A DNA stretch of 63,365 nt, counting the filler, from Octopus bimaculoides (Eukaryota), in assembly GCF_001194135.2 (NCBI RefSeq). It is 6 parts of 6 records of this genome, joined end to end, with 100 filler letters (N's around TTAATTAATTAA, not from the genome) between each part and the next. Parts side by side here need not be neighbours in the genome. Positions count along the whole stretch, not along the records: positions 27,480 to 54,482 come from NC_068986.1; positions 54,583 to 57,742 come from NC_068991.1; positions 57,843 to 63,365 come from NC_069010.1; 3 more parts are not named here. One strand, given 5' to 3'. The notes below the pieces were generated by a model. It was not told the DNA's origin, searched no databases, and worked only from the letters and a program-made list of their open reading frames with translations. Positions 52,297-63,365 of the stretch are shown here, one piece after another (the first letter of the stretch is position 1; every line of letters begins with the position of its first letter). The translations under genes were made by a program, and so were the position numbers.

Positions 52297-52374
<78 letters not shown>

Positions 52375-52375
<1 letters not shown>

Positions 52376-52590
52376 TTTTTTCTTTTACTTCTTTCAGTCA
52401 CTTGAGTGCAGCCATGCTGGAGCACCGCTTTTAGTCGAACAAATCAACCCCAGGATTTATTCTTCGTAAGCCTAGTACTTATCCTATCGGTATGTTTTGC
52501 CGAACTGCTAAGTTACGGAGACGTAAACACACCAACATCGGTTGTCAAGCGATAATGGGGGACAAACACAAACATACACACTACGACTCT
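52375..52590 (-). mobile_element. SINE family A 3' half
   Basis: Reverse complement of the 54600-54820 sequence. Confidence 0.8.
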
Positions 52591-53730
52591 ATTTCTGTCT
52601 ATCAGTCCTGTCATGCTTATTCGTTCATTCCACTCTTCGTTCTTTCGTTCCCCATCTCTCACATTTCCTTGCATTCTCTTCTTGCTCACTTTCCCTCCAC
52701 TTTTCACTTCACTGTGTCCCTGTCATTTTTTCTCGCCCCTCCTTAATTCTTTTGTCCCTCTGCCTCTACCTCTCTCTCTTCTCTTCCCACGTGACCGGTG
52801 TTCGGCCAAGCCTGATCTTTCATTCTTTGCCGGCCGTTGTCCGTGTAACATCGATATTCCTCCCTGTGCCTGTGAACTCTTGTATCCCTGCCGTAAGGCT
52901 TTATTTTCATACATGCCCACGCCAGCTTAATTCAATTTGTCCTTAGNNNNNNNNNNNNNNNNNNNNNNNNNNNNNNNNNNNNNNNNNNNNNNNNNNNNNN
53001 NNNNNNNNNNNNNNNNNNNNNNNNNNNNNNNNNNNNNNNNNNNNNNNNNNNNNNNNNNNNNNNNNNNNNNNNNNNNNNNNNNNNNNNNNNNNNNNNNNNN
53101 NNNNNNNNNNNNNNNNNNNNNNNNNNNNNNNNNNNNNNNNNNNNNNNNNNNNNNNNNNNNNNNNNNNNNNNNNNNNNNNNNNNNNNNNNNNNNNNNNNNN
53201 NNNNNNNNNNNNNNNNNNNNNNNNNNNNNNNNNNNNNNNNNNNNNNNNNNNNNNNNNNNNNNNNNNNNNNNNNNNNNNNNNNNNNNNNNNNNNNNNNNNN
53301 NNNNNNNNNNNNNNNNNNNNNNNNNNNNNNNNNNNNNNNNNNNNNNNNNNNNNNNNNNNNNNNNNNNNNNNNNNNNNNNNNNNNNNNNNNNNNNNNNNNN
53401 NNNNNNNNNNNNNNNNNNNNNNNNNNNNNNNNNNNNNNNNNNNNNNNNNNNNNNNNNNNNNNNNNNNNNNNNNNNNNNNNNNNNNNNNNNNNNNNNNNNN
53501 NNNNNNNNNNNNNNNNNNNNNNNNNNNNNNNNNNNNNNNNNNNNNNNNNNNNNNNNNNNNNNNNNNNNNNNNNNNNNNNNNNNNNNNNNNNNNNNNNNNN
53601 NNNNNNNNNNNNNNNNNNNNNNNNNNNNNNNNNNNNNNNNNNNNNNNNNNNNNNNNNNNNNNNNNNNNNNNNNNNNNNNNNNNNNNNNNNNNACACACAC
53701 ACACACACACACATATCATATTACCTCTCG

Positions 53731-53795
<65 letters not shown>

Positions 53796-53796
53796 T
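53731..53796. repeat. (GATA)n microsatellite (also 63236-63310 in reverse)
   Basis: Direct reading. Confidence 0.95.
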
Positions 53797-54346
53797 TAAT
53801 TTTATATTGAATGAAAAAAAATGTGAAAGAAAGACAAGAACGACAGAGGAGAGAGAAGTGGTGCGCTAGAAATAGCTTTCATTTGAAATGAGATATTTTT
53901 ATTGTTTTATTTTGTTTTGAAAGTCATAGAGTTATTTTCACTAATTGGTAATGTTTATGGCAAGAACACAGTCCAAGTTGTCTTGTATATTTATTCATTT
54001 CGCTATTTTATATTTCCTCTGCTTCAAACACAAACGAAAGAAGCGATGTGTTTGGGATAATCTGGATGACTGCTCTAATTGGATTCTCTACACATTTTGC
54101 AATGTACTTCAAGCTAGATTACTCCTCAGCAGTTGTTTCTCGCCATGTCAGCAGATTTTAATCCATTGTTGATGCAAGAGTTTTAACTACACACAAACAC
54201 TCACACGCACAAAACACACACACATGCGCAAACATACATACACACACACAGACAGGCACACAATCACACGTACGCATACAGTATTATATTTTTATACATA
54301 TACAAACATAATTGCATACATAAATATATACATATATACATATATA

Positions 54347-54822
54347 GGCGCAGGAGTGGCTGTGTGGTCCCGGGTTCAGTCCCACTGTCTTCTACTACAG
54401 CCTTGAGCCGACTAAAGCCTTGTGAGTGGATTTGGTGAACGGAAACTAAAAGAAGCCCGTCGTATATATACATATATATATANNNNNNNNNNNNNNNNNN
54501 NNNNNNNNNNNNNNNNNNNNNNNNNNTTAATTAATTAANNNNNNNNNNNNNNNNNNNNNNNNNNNNNNNNNNNNNNNNNNNNTATATATGTATGTGTGTG
54601 TATATGTTTGTGTGTCTGTGTTTGTCCCCCCAACATCGCTTGACAACCGATGCTGGTATGTTTACGTCCTCGTAACTTAGCAGTTCGGCAAAAGAGACCA
54701 ATAGAATAAGTACTAGGCATCCAAAGAATAAGTCCTGGGGTCGATTTGCTCGACTAAAGGTGGTGCTCCAGCATGGCCGCACTCAAATGACTGAAAACAA
54801 GTAAAAGAGTAAAAGAGTATAC
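54347..54822 (+). mobile_element. SINE family A, full copy spanning a gap
   Basis: Head 54347-54465, (TA)n and gap, tail 54600-54822. Confidence 0.85.
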
Positions 54823-54826
54823 ACAG

Positions 54827-54900
<74 letters not shown>

Positions 54901-55940
54901 TCTTTTACTTGCATCAGTCATGTGATTGCAGCCATAGTGGAGCACCACCTTATAGCATATGTATATATGTATATATGTATATTTATATATGTACATGTGT
55001 ATATAGATAAATAGATGTAGAATGTACATATATACATACTTACATACACAGGCACGACACACACACACACACATATATATATACACACATAAATATACAT
55101 GTGTGTGTGATTGTGTTTATGTATATATGTATACACATACATACATATATATGTTTGACAGAAAGAGAGCTAGAGTGAAATAAAAGAGAGACAGTGTGGT
55201 TTAAACAATATATCTAGAATCCACTGCAGTTATTTTTTTAAAGCCCTTTTAAAGCCTAGCCAGGCTCAGGGGCCCGGTTTCCCAGTTTCACAAACTCCTT
55301 CTCCAAAGTGAAACCTGGGAAAGGTTATTTTTGCAGCAAACCAGTAATTCCTTATGCATGAAGTTTCTGCATTCCATGTCCTTCCTTTCCACTATCAGCA
55401 CAAACAACATGGTACCAGTGTTGCCACAAAAACCATCCATTCACTCATCTTCTCTGTGAAGGTCAGTAGTAGTAGAGTCATTGTACAAGTTCTCAGCTGG
55501 AGTCAGTGTCAGTTACATGACTCCAGTTCGAGTTACTGTCAAGGTAGACTTCTCAAAATCATTGTCTTGTGGAGCAATCAGCGATAGCATGATACACGGG
55601 TTAAACATAATAAGACATGGAATACCGCTACAGCATAAGAGTGGCAACAAGAATATTACAGTACTGACAACAAAATACAAGTGGACAAGGATCCACATTA
55701 TAACAGTTATGTAGGTATGATTGGCTGGAACCTGGCCAATTTGAGCATAAAACTAGCAGAATATTTAGGTCAGATGTGGCCGGTTTAAATGCTAAAGCGA
55801 TAAGTATCTTGGGATTGTATTTGTGAGTGTTTGGAAGAATGAAAATGAGTTGGATGATAGAAATGTAGGTGTTGGTACAGAAAAATCGGAGAATTTATAA
55901 ATAAGGACACTAATAATAAATGATATTTTTCAGCCAGTGA

Positions 55941-56280
55941 AATAACAAGTAGACAAACCAAAGATGCAAAATGTTGTAAATATTGAAATAATGTTTTAGT
56001 TTTAAGAAAGAAAGAAAAAAAAAAAAAAATACAGAAATACAAAAATATAATCAATTGCAACATTCACCTTGAAGCAAAATCAAATACTGAATACATTTTA
56101 GAAATTTTAAAGTTGTTTGGTTTATTTCAATATACTAAATAATCAGAAGTAACTCTAACGGAATGTTAAACATAATCCTAAATATAGATGTTGACACTAT
56201 TTCATAGTGTTATGTAAGAACAAATGTGTGGGCACTGATGTATATCTGCATGTGTGTGTGTGTGTACATACACACACACG

Positions 56281-56317
<37 letters not shown>

Positions 56318-56408
56318 GTATATACACGGCGGTGCATCAGCATGACCGCAGCTCTAAGCTGAAACTATAAACAACATATATATATATGTTGTGAATATAT
56401 ATATTGTA

Positions 56409-56452
<44 letters not shown>

Positions 56453-57387
56453 NNNNNNNNNNNNNNNNNNNNNNNNNNNNNNNNNNNNNNNNNNNNNNNN
56501 NNNNNNNNNNNATAGATAGATATCATCATCATCATCATCATCGTCGTCGATTAACATCTGCTTTCCACACTGGTGTGAGTTGGACAGTTTGACTGAGGAC
56601 TGGCAAGCCAGAAGGCTGCACCAGGCTCCAACCTGGTCTGGCAAAGTTTCTACAGCTGGATGCCCTTCCTAACGCCAACCACTCCAAGAGTGTAGTGGGT
56701 GCTTTTATGTGCCACCAGCACGAGGGCCAGTCAGGTGGTTCTGGCAATGACCACACTCAAAAGGTGTTTTTTTATGTGTTACCTGCATGGGAGCCAGTCC
56801 AGCACCACTGGCAACAACCACACTTGAATGTTGTTTTTCACATGTCACCGGCACATGTGCCAGTAAGGCGACGCTGGCAATGATCACGCTCGAATGGTGC
56901 TTTTTATGTGCCACCGGCACGGGAGCCAGTCAGTGGCCCAGGCAACGATCATGCTTGGATGGTGCTATGTATGTATACATATATACATGGTTCAAATGTA
57001 CAGAAAACAAAAGACACAGACAGGTGTAGGAACAGCAAGAAGGTGTATTAGCTGTATGCTCAGGAAGAATGGAAAAGTATTTGACATTTCAAGCATACAT
57101 TCTTCAACAGAAAGGGATAAGAGGAACAAAAAAAAAAAAATGGAGACAGAAAGAAAAAACGGAGTGAGAAAATAGGTTGGGATTAACAGTTTAACATGAA
57201 CCATATATATATATATATAGGGAAAATTCACAAAAAAAAACAACAGAGAACAACAGACAAAGACAGGTGGTGTAGAAAACAAACAAATGTATTAGTATTT
57301 TTGTATTTTTTATCTTTCTTTCTTAAAACTAAAACATTATTTCAATATTTACAACATTTTGCATCTTTGGTTTGTCTCCTTGTTATT
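55941..57387. repeat. Near-identical inverted pair of about 100 bp (55941-56050 and 57292-57387)
   Basis: ctttctttcttaaaactaaaacattatttcaatatttacaacattttgcatctttggtttgtct occurs in opposite orientations. Confidence 0.9.
56520..56960 (-). mobile_element. SINE family D
   Basis: As 12930-13380; three internal gtgccacc/gccagt subrepeats. Confidence 0.75.
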
Positions 57388-57842
57388 TTATTCGTCCTTA
57401 GTCGAAAGACACCTGTTGTTATGTCCTGTTTATTGCATTTGTATTTGTGTAACATTTCTCTGTTTTTTTCCGTCCTTGTTTTTGTATACATTTGCTGCTT
57501 TCTTCCAAGGAATCTAATGCACTTAGCTTAGTTTTTCCTTGGGGCTGGCCAGATTGGAGCAATCTTGAGTATAACCGGCCAAAATTGCAAAGATAATCTG
57601 GAACTCGACTGAGGATAGAAACTCCGAATGACCCATCCTTGCTTTCTTTGTATAATCTATCTGGATATTTTGCATTCTTGTCCCATTTTTGCATTTTTAT
57701 ATATAAAATATAGCGGCATATGTACACTTTGGTCTCTTATATNNNNNNNNNNNNNNNNNNNNNNNNNNNNNNNNNNNNNNNNNNNNTTAATTAATTAANN
57801 NNNNNNNNNNNNNNNNNNNNNNNNNNNNNNNNNNNNNNNNNN

Positions 57843-57921
<79 letters not shown>

Positions 57922-57924
<3 letters not shown>

Positions 57925-59440
57925 CATGTCAGCAACTCTGACGAGGTCATCCGAAGACTACACAGAATAGAACCCATACAACTTATACACAACAGACATT
58001 CATTTAGCCTTGACGTTGTTTCCCTCCACACGACAGTACCCGCTCTTCCAGTAGTCAACTTAATAACAGAGTCCATCAGTTCATATGATATATATTGCTA
58101 TGGCCTCACTCCACAGGACATAAATCAACGTCTAGCGGTCGTCGTAGAAAATACTTATTCCACTTTCCACCACAATATATACAAGCAAACAACAGGCCTA
58201 CCCATGGGATCCAGTCTTTCAGGCCTTCTAGCCATTACTTACATGAACCGACTAGAACATCCAGCACTCAGCACCTGTCGCTCCTGTGTTTTCTTCACTA
58301 GATACATAGATGATATTATCATCACTTCATCACGCGAAGAGGCTGGCAAAATATCCACGACATTCTCAAGCATTGATAGTAACATAAGATTTACCACTGA
58401 ACACTCCAATAAAGATGGTTGTTTATCTCTACGAGACTTCCAGCCTAAAATAACAAAGGGAGGTAATACATACACCAACTTCTATAAGAATGCTGTGAGT
58501 AGAGACCTGTTTGTGAATTATAGGTCAGCCCCCCCCCCCCCNNNNNNNNNNNNNNNNNNNNNNNCGTGCTAAAACGGGATACATAAGAAATGAACTAGCA
58601 TGTATCAAGAATAAATGTAGCAAAGTTGAGGACCAGATTACTCACACCGCACACTTCACAGATATACTGAGACTGAATGGATACCCCAAACATCCACAAT
58701 AAACCGAATTAAAATTACCACATTTCAATGAAAGTATAAGCAAAGCAATTCGTAGAGCCATACGCAACGAAGGATTAGACACACAATTAGCACACTCCGG
58801 CACGGATACCTGAATAAAAAAGCAATCTAGAGACAACAATGAATGCTCATTAACTAACTGTCCTATCCACGATACAGGTATGTGCCAGAAGACACATGTA
58901 GTACACCGAATAGAATGCAACAAATGTAAGGCGTTTTATATAGGTAGCACAACTTGAACTTTGCATACTCGCATTAAGGAACATCTCAACACATGCGAAT
59001 CCTCATTCAAAACCCACATTGATACCAACAATCAAATTAAAGTTACTATTGAAGCCAATGATAGAATTCTCAGCAACTTAAGAATTAAGGAAGCTTTGAT
59101 TATCTATAAACGCACAGATAAGTAATAGATGAGAGCTAGGCACGCAATACATAGCATGACATACACACACAGGCACATTTGTTACATATTGGAAAAGAGG
59201 TGACGGAAATTGATTTGCAGAGCGAGAAGTTAATGATTGACGTCACTAACATTCACGAAGAAGAGAAACGCTCGAAAGCTCAAAAATACTCATGAAATGA
59301 CTTCATCTCCGACAAGAAGCATCTAACCAAGGACAGTTATGCTTTAACCCTGAAGAAGGGACTTGTATGTCCCGAAATATTGGATACATATAAGACCAAA
59401 GATTAGCAGGTAACTTACTTTTAGTTTATGTTACCTCATC
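57922..59440 (+). mobile_element. Penelope-like retroelement, 5'-truncated: RT core, thumb, GIY-YIG endonuclease, 3' pLTR region
   Basis: RT motifs SLDVVSLHT, YKQTTGLPMGSSLS and FFTRYIDD. Downstream CPIHDTGMCQKTHVVHRIECNKCKAFYIGSTT*TLHTRIKEH...RIKEAL (GIY-YIG). Hammerhead motif at 59344-59386. Confidence 0.92.
59344..59386 (+). ncRNA. Minimal type-I hammerhead ribozyme motif
   Basis: ttaacc-CTGAAGA-A-GGGAC-ttgtat-GTCCC-GAAA-TAT-T-ggata: intact core, perfect 5-bp stem II, palindromic stem III. Confidence 0.75.
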
Positions 59441-59542
59441 TTAAAATCTATTTGCATTGTTTGGCCTTTTACATCATTCAACGTTATATACATATGTATG
59501 TATATGTATATATATATGTATAAAATACAAAAGCATGTATAT

Positions 59543-59621
59543 AGAAGAAGAAGAAGAAGAAGAAGAAGAAGAAGAAGAAGAAGAAGAAGAAGAAGAAGAA
59601 AAAGAAGAAGAAGAAGAAGAA
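59543..59621. repeat. (GAA)n microsatellite
   Basis: Direct reading. Confidence 0.95.
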
Positions 59622-62044
59622 GGTTGTGGTGGTGGTGTGGTGGTGGCAGCAGCGATGATGATGATAATGATGGAGGAGGTAAGTAAAATAAAGCGAAATG
59701 GAAAAAATAATATAAGAATAGTAATTGGGAACATGAAGGAGAGAGAGTGAAGTCCATGAAGAAGAATAAAGAAATGGAATATTTTGTAATGGTCAAAAGT
59801 ATTGACTTGTCAGAAGATGACCAGTAGGTGCCTGCTCAATTCAGGTGACCTATTCATTAGCCACCAAACATTTGTATGTGTGTGTGTGCATTGAAGAAAC
59901 ATACTCTTGCGTATACAGCATAGGCAGGTGAACAACCATACACACAAACATTTTATAGCAAACTAACACTCAGACGCACACATACACACATACATACATG
60001 CATGCATGCATATATATACGATTATCTATACTATAAATTGCAGTGTTCTTGATTGCTTGATTGATTGATTGAGTGTCGGCAGATTCACTCGAGAACGGTG
60101 CAGTGGAATCGCGTGAAATTCAGCACAGAGCGGCAGCATGGTCCGCTCATATCCAAGAGATTTTTTATTGCCCTCCAACTCCCATGGTTACCGAGATAAT
60201 CGATTATTACTTTTTAAGATAGGAATATCCCATTCAAAGTGGGGAGGGGCGATTTTGTTGCCNNNNNNNNNNNNNNNNNNNNNNNNNNNNNNNNNNNNNN
60301 NNNNNNNNNNNNNNNNNNNNNNNNNNNNNNNNNNNNNNNNNNNNNNNNNNNNNNNNNNNNNNNNNNNNNNNNNNNNNNNNNNNNNNNNNNNNNNNNNNNN
60401 NNNNNNNNNNNNNNNNNNNNNNNNNNNNNNNNNNNNNNNNNNNNNNNNNNNNNNNNNNNNNNNNNNNNNNNNNNNNNNNNNNNNNNNNNNNNNNNNNNNN
60501 NNNNNNNNNNNNNNNNNNNNNNNNNNNNNNNNNNNNNNNNNNNNNNNNNNNNNNNNNNNNNNNNNNNNNNNNNNNNNNNNNNNNNNNNNNNNNNNNNNNN
60601 NNNNNNNNNNNNNNNNNNNNNNNNNNNNNNNNNNNNNNNNNNNNNNNNNNNNNNNNNNNNNNNNNNNNNNNNNNNNNNNNNNNNNNNNNNNNNNNNNNNN
60701 NNNNNNNNNNNNNNNNNNNNNNNNNNNNNNNNNNNNNNNNNNNNNNNNNNNNNNNNNNNNNNNNNNNNNNNNNNNNNNNNNNNNNNNNNNNNNNNNNNNN
60801 NNNNNNNNNNNNNNNNNNNNNNNNNNNNNNNNNNNNNNNNNNNNNNNNNNNNNNNNNNNNNNNNNNNNNNNNNNNNNNNNNNNNNNNNNNNNNNNNNNNN
60901 NNNNNNNNNNNNNNNNNNNNNNNNNNNNNNNNNNNNNNNNNNNNNNNNNNNNNNNNNNNNNNNNNNNNNNNNNNNNNNNNNNNNNNNNNNNNNNNNNNNN
61001 NNNNNNNNNNNNNNNNNNNNNNNNNNNNNNNNNNNNNNNNNNNNNNNNNNNNNNNNNNNNNNNNNNNNNNNNNNNNNNNNNNNNNNNNNNNNNNNNNNNN
61101 NNNNNNNNNNNNNNNNNNNNNNNNNNNNNNNNNNNNNNNNNNNNNNNNNNNNNNNNNNNNNNNNNNNNNNNNNNNNNNNNNNNNNNNNNNNNNNNNNNNN
61201 NNNNNNNNNNNNNNNNNNNNNNNNNNNNNNNNNNNNNNNNNNNNNNNNNNNNNNNNACGTTCATGGTTTATATCAAGTAGTTGGCACTTCAAGCATGCTG
61301 GAGAAAGGTAGTTTCCGCACGATCTCCTTTGGTATATATATATATATATATATATAAAGTAAAGGTTAATTGCCACCCTAATATGGCAGTCTCGGTTGGG
61401 ACGAATGCTACTGTTATTGCGCCCCAGGAGACATCGCATCCAACTGGCTACACAACGTACAATCTGTGTCCTTATATTTTCGAAAATTGTAAACTACCCA
61501 AAATACTGTGTAATTTAGATGAATTTTGTGATTAAATTCCATCAAATAGCTTTTCCACAGTTATAACCAAACTATACCTTATATTATACACAGGGAATAT
61601 AAATGAAATGGTTTACTTGTAAACTAGAATTTCTAAACTCTAAGCTATGAAATGTTTTAGCAGTTTCTAGTCTATAAAATAATGTCTGAAAATAAAACAA
61701 ATTTCCATATAAAAGCATGTTCGCGTTGGAAATAGTTGTAATGAACATTTGTCAATATTAAAGAGTAAGAAAAGTATGTGTTAATTAAGACAAATACAAG
61801 AATAATGTTTACCTGAGTAATTAATTTTTATTTCAGTTGGGATCTGAAAAGTTTTTTCTATCAGGAATATCTTCCACGTTTGGTGATTTCAAAGAACAGC
61901 AAACGAATAAAGAAATTTGTTGAATTTTGTCTATTTATAGTGAGGTTATAAGACATGGAGACTTTATATTTTGAGATAAGAGTTTATTTGTACGTATGTG
62001 AGTCTCTTTTGAGATAAGAATATGTATGTGCATATGTCGGTCTA

Positions 62045-62615
62045 CTATCTTGGCTATGATACAACTATCTTGGCTGTGATATAACTATCTTGTCTGTAAA
62101 TATAACTATCTTGGCTGTGATATGACGATCTTGTCTGTGAATTAACTGTCTTGGCTGTGACACAACGATCATGGCTGTGATATGATGATCTTCTCTGTGA
62201 TATAACTTTCTTGGCTGTGATATGACGATCTTGACTGTGATATAACTATCTTCGCTGTGATATAACTATCTTGGCTGTGAGGTAACTGTCTTGGCTGTGA
62301 CACAACGATCATGGCTGTGATATAACGATCTTCTCTGTGATATAACTATCTTGGTTGTGATATATATCTATCTTGTCTGTAAATATAACTGTCTTGGCTG
62401 TGATACAACTATTTGGGCTGTGATATAAGTATCTTGTCAGTGATATAACTCTCTTGGCTATGATATAAAGATCTTGGCTGTGATATAACTATCTTCGCTG
62501 TGATATAACTATCTTGACTGTGATATAACTATCTTGGCTGTGATATAACGACCTTAGCAGTGATATAACTATCTTGGCTGTGATATAACTATCTCGGCTG
62601 TGATATAATTATCTT
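62045..62615. repeat. Minisatellite, 20-bp unit x about 28
   Basis: (tgatataactatcttggctg)n with variant units. Confidence 0.95.
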
Positions 62616-63252
62616 ATTGCTAACGTTGCCTTTATTTGATAACATTTTTGTACGTAAATATTTTGGTTGTCTTTATTTTTTGTGTGTTCACTGAATTCTA
62701 TTGAAGAAACAGGGTTATGCAACTCGCGCTCGTCACTTTCTCAGTTTTCCGCCCCGCTATAAAGGACGTTTGGTGATCCCTATAGTAGACAATTGCGCAT
62801 GCAGTTTTACTCGACTCAAGTTGCTGACATACTTCAGACTTCCTTGTTAAACTTGCGTACAACCAGTTGTTATAAATTACTCCGCTTTTTAGATTTGGAA
62901 TTTGGGAATGCGCTTTGTTTTATTTTTTTCCAATTGGGGTGATTTACGACGCATTCAACCCTGACGTTATGCTATGGGACTAGCTGTGATATGTGTGCGT
63001 TCGTGTGAGTGATTTAAGGGTGATTTAGCTGCTATTTCTAGCACTCACACTATCACATTTCTCGTTTCATTGTCACTGACGCATACTGCTGTTTATCATA
63101 GTCTATATATAGTTTATCAATTAAGTCTTAAATAGGCCACCGACTGCTATCTACACTCACACACGTAAGCTTAATAATTCACAAGCGACATAAATAATAA
63201 GAGAAGGAATCTAGATAAGCAGGAGCCTACTGTATCTCTATCTATCTATCTT

Positions 63253-63286
<34 letters not shown>

Positions 63287-63365
63287 GATCGATCGATCTT
63301 TCGATCTATCTCTATAATTTGCATAGCGTCCATAAACAAAACTTCACACACACACACACACACAC

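Noticed and set aside
55513-55698. Hydrophobic ORF resembling a signal peptide (MWILVHLYFVV...)
   Set aside because: No convincing donor or homology; such ORFs arise readily in AT-rich DNA.
61838-61925. Plus-strand acceptor followed by LGSEKFFLSGISSTFGDFKEQQTNKEIC*
   Set aside because: Single signal, no recognisable motif or partner exon.

Overview
Eukaryotic, AT-rich, repeat-dense DNA with many N gaps. The repeat families and microsatellite style suggest a coleoid cephalopod (Octopus-like); this is an inference and was not searched. One host gene is supported: two minus-strand exons of a Polycomb/CBX-type chromatin protein. These are a 64-nt exon encoding HKKGPRPKRVKLQ and a large low-complexity exon with an AT-hook. 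The chromodomain exons and Pc-box were not found and may lie in gaps or outside the window. Most of the rest is transposon debris: four Penelope-like (PLE) fragments, R4/Dong-type, RTE and CR1/L2-like LINE pieces, mariner and hAT remnants, at least four SINE families, and mini/microsatellites. The most striking unexplained structure is a set of minimal type-I hammerhead-ribozyme motifs. Two lie downstream of PLE GIY-YIG ORFs. Six lie in three outward-facing inverted-repeat pairs with one core per arm. Two belong to a short (TA)n-abutting repeat family with a non-canonical CUGUYGA core. A disrupted Cys-rich reading frame with internal repeats is also present at 43.3-43.7 kb. Repeat boundaries are approximate and were read by eye.
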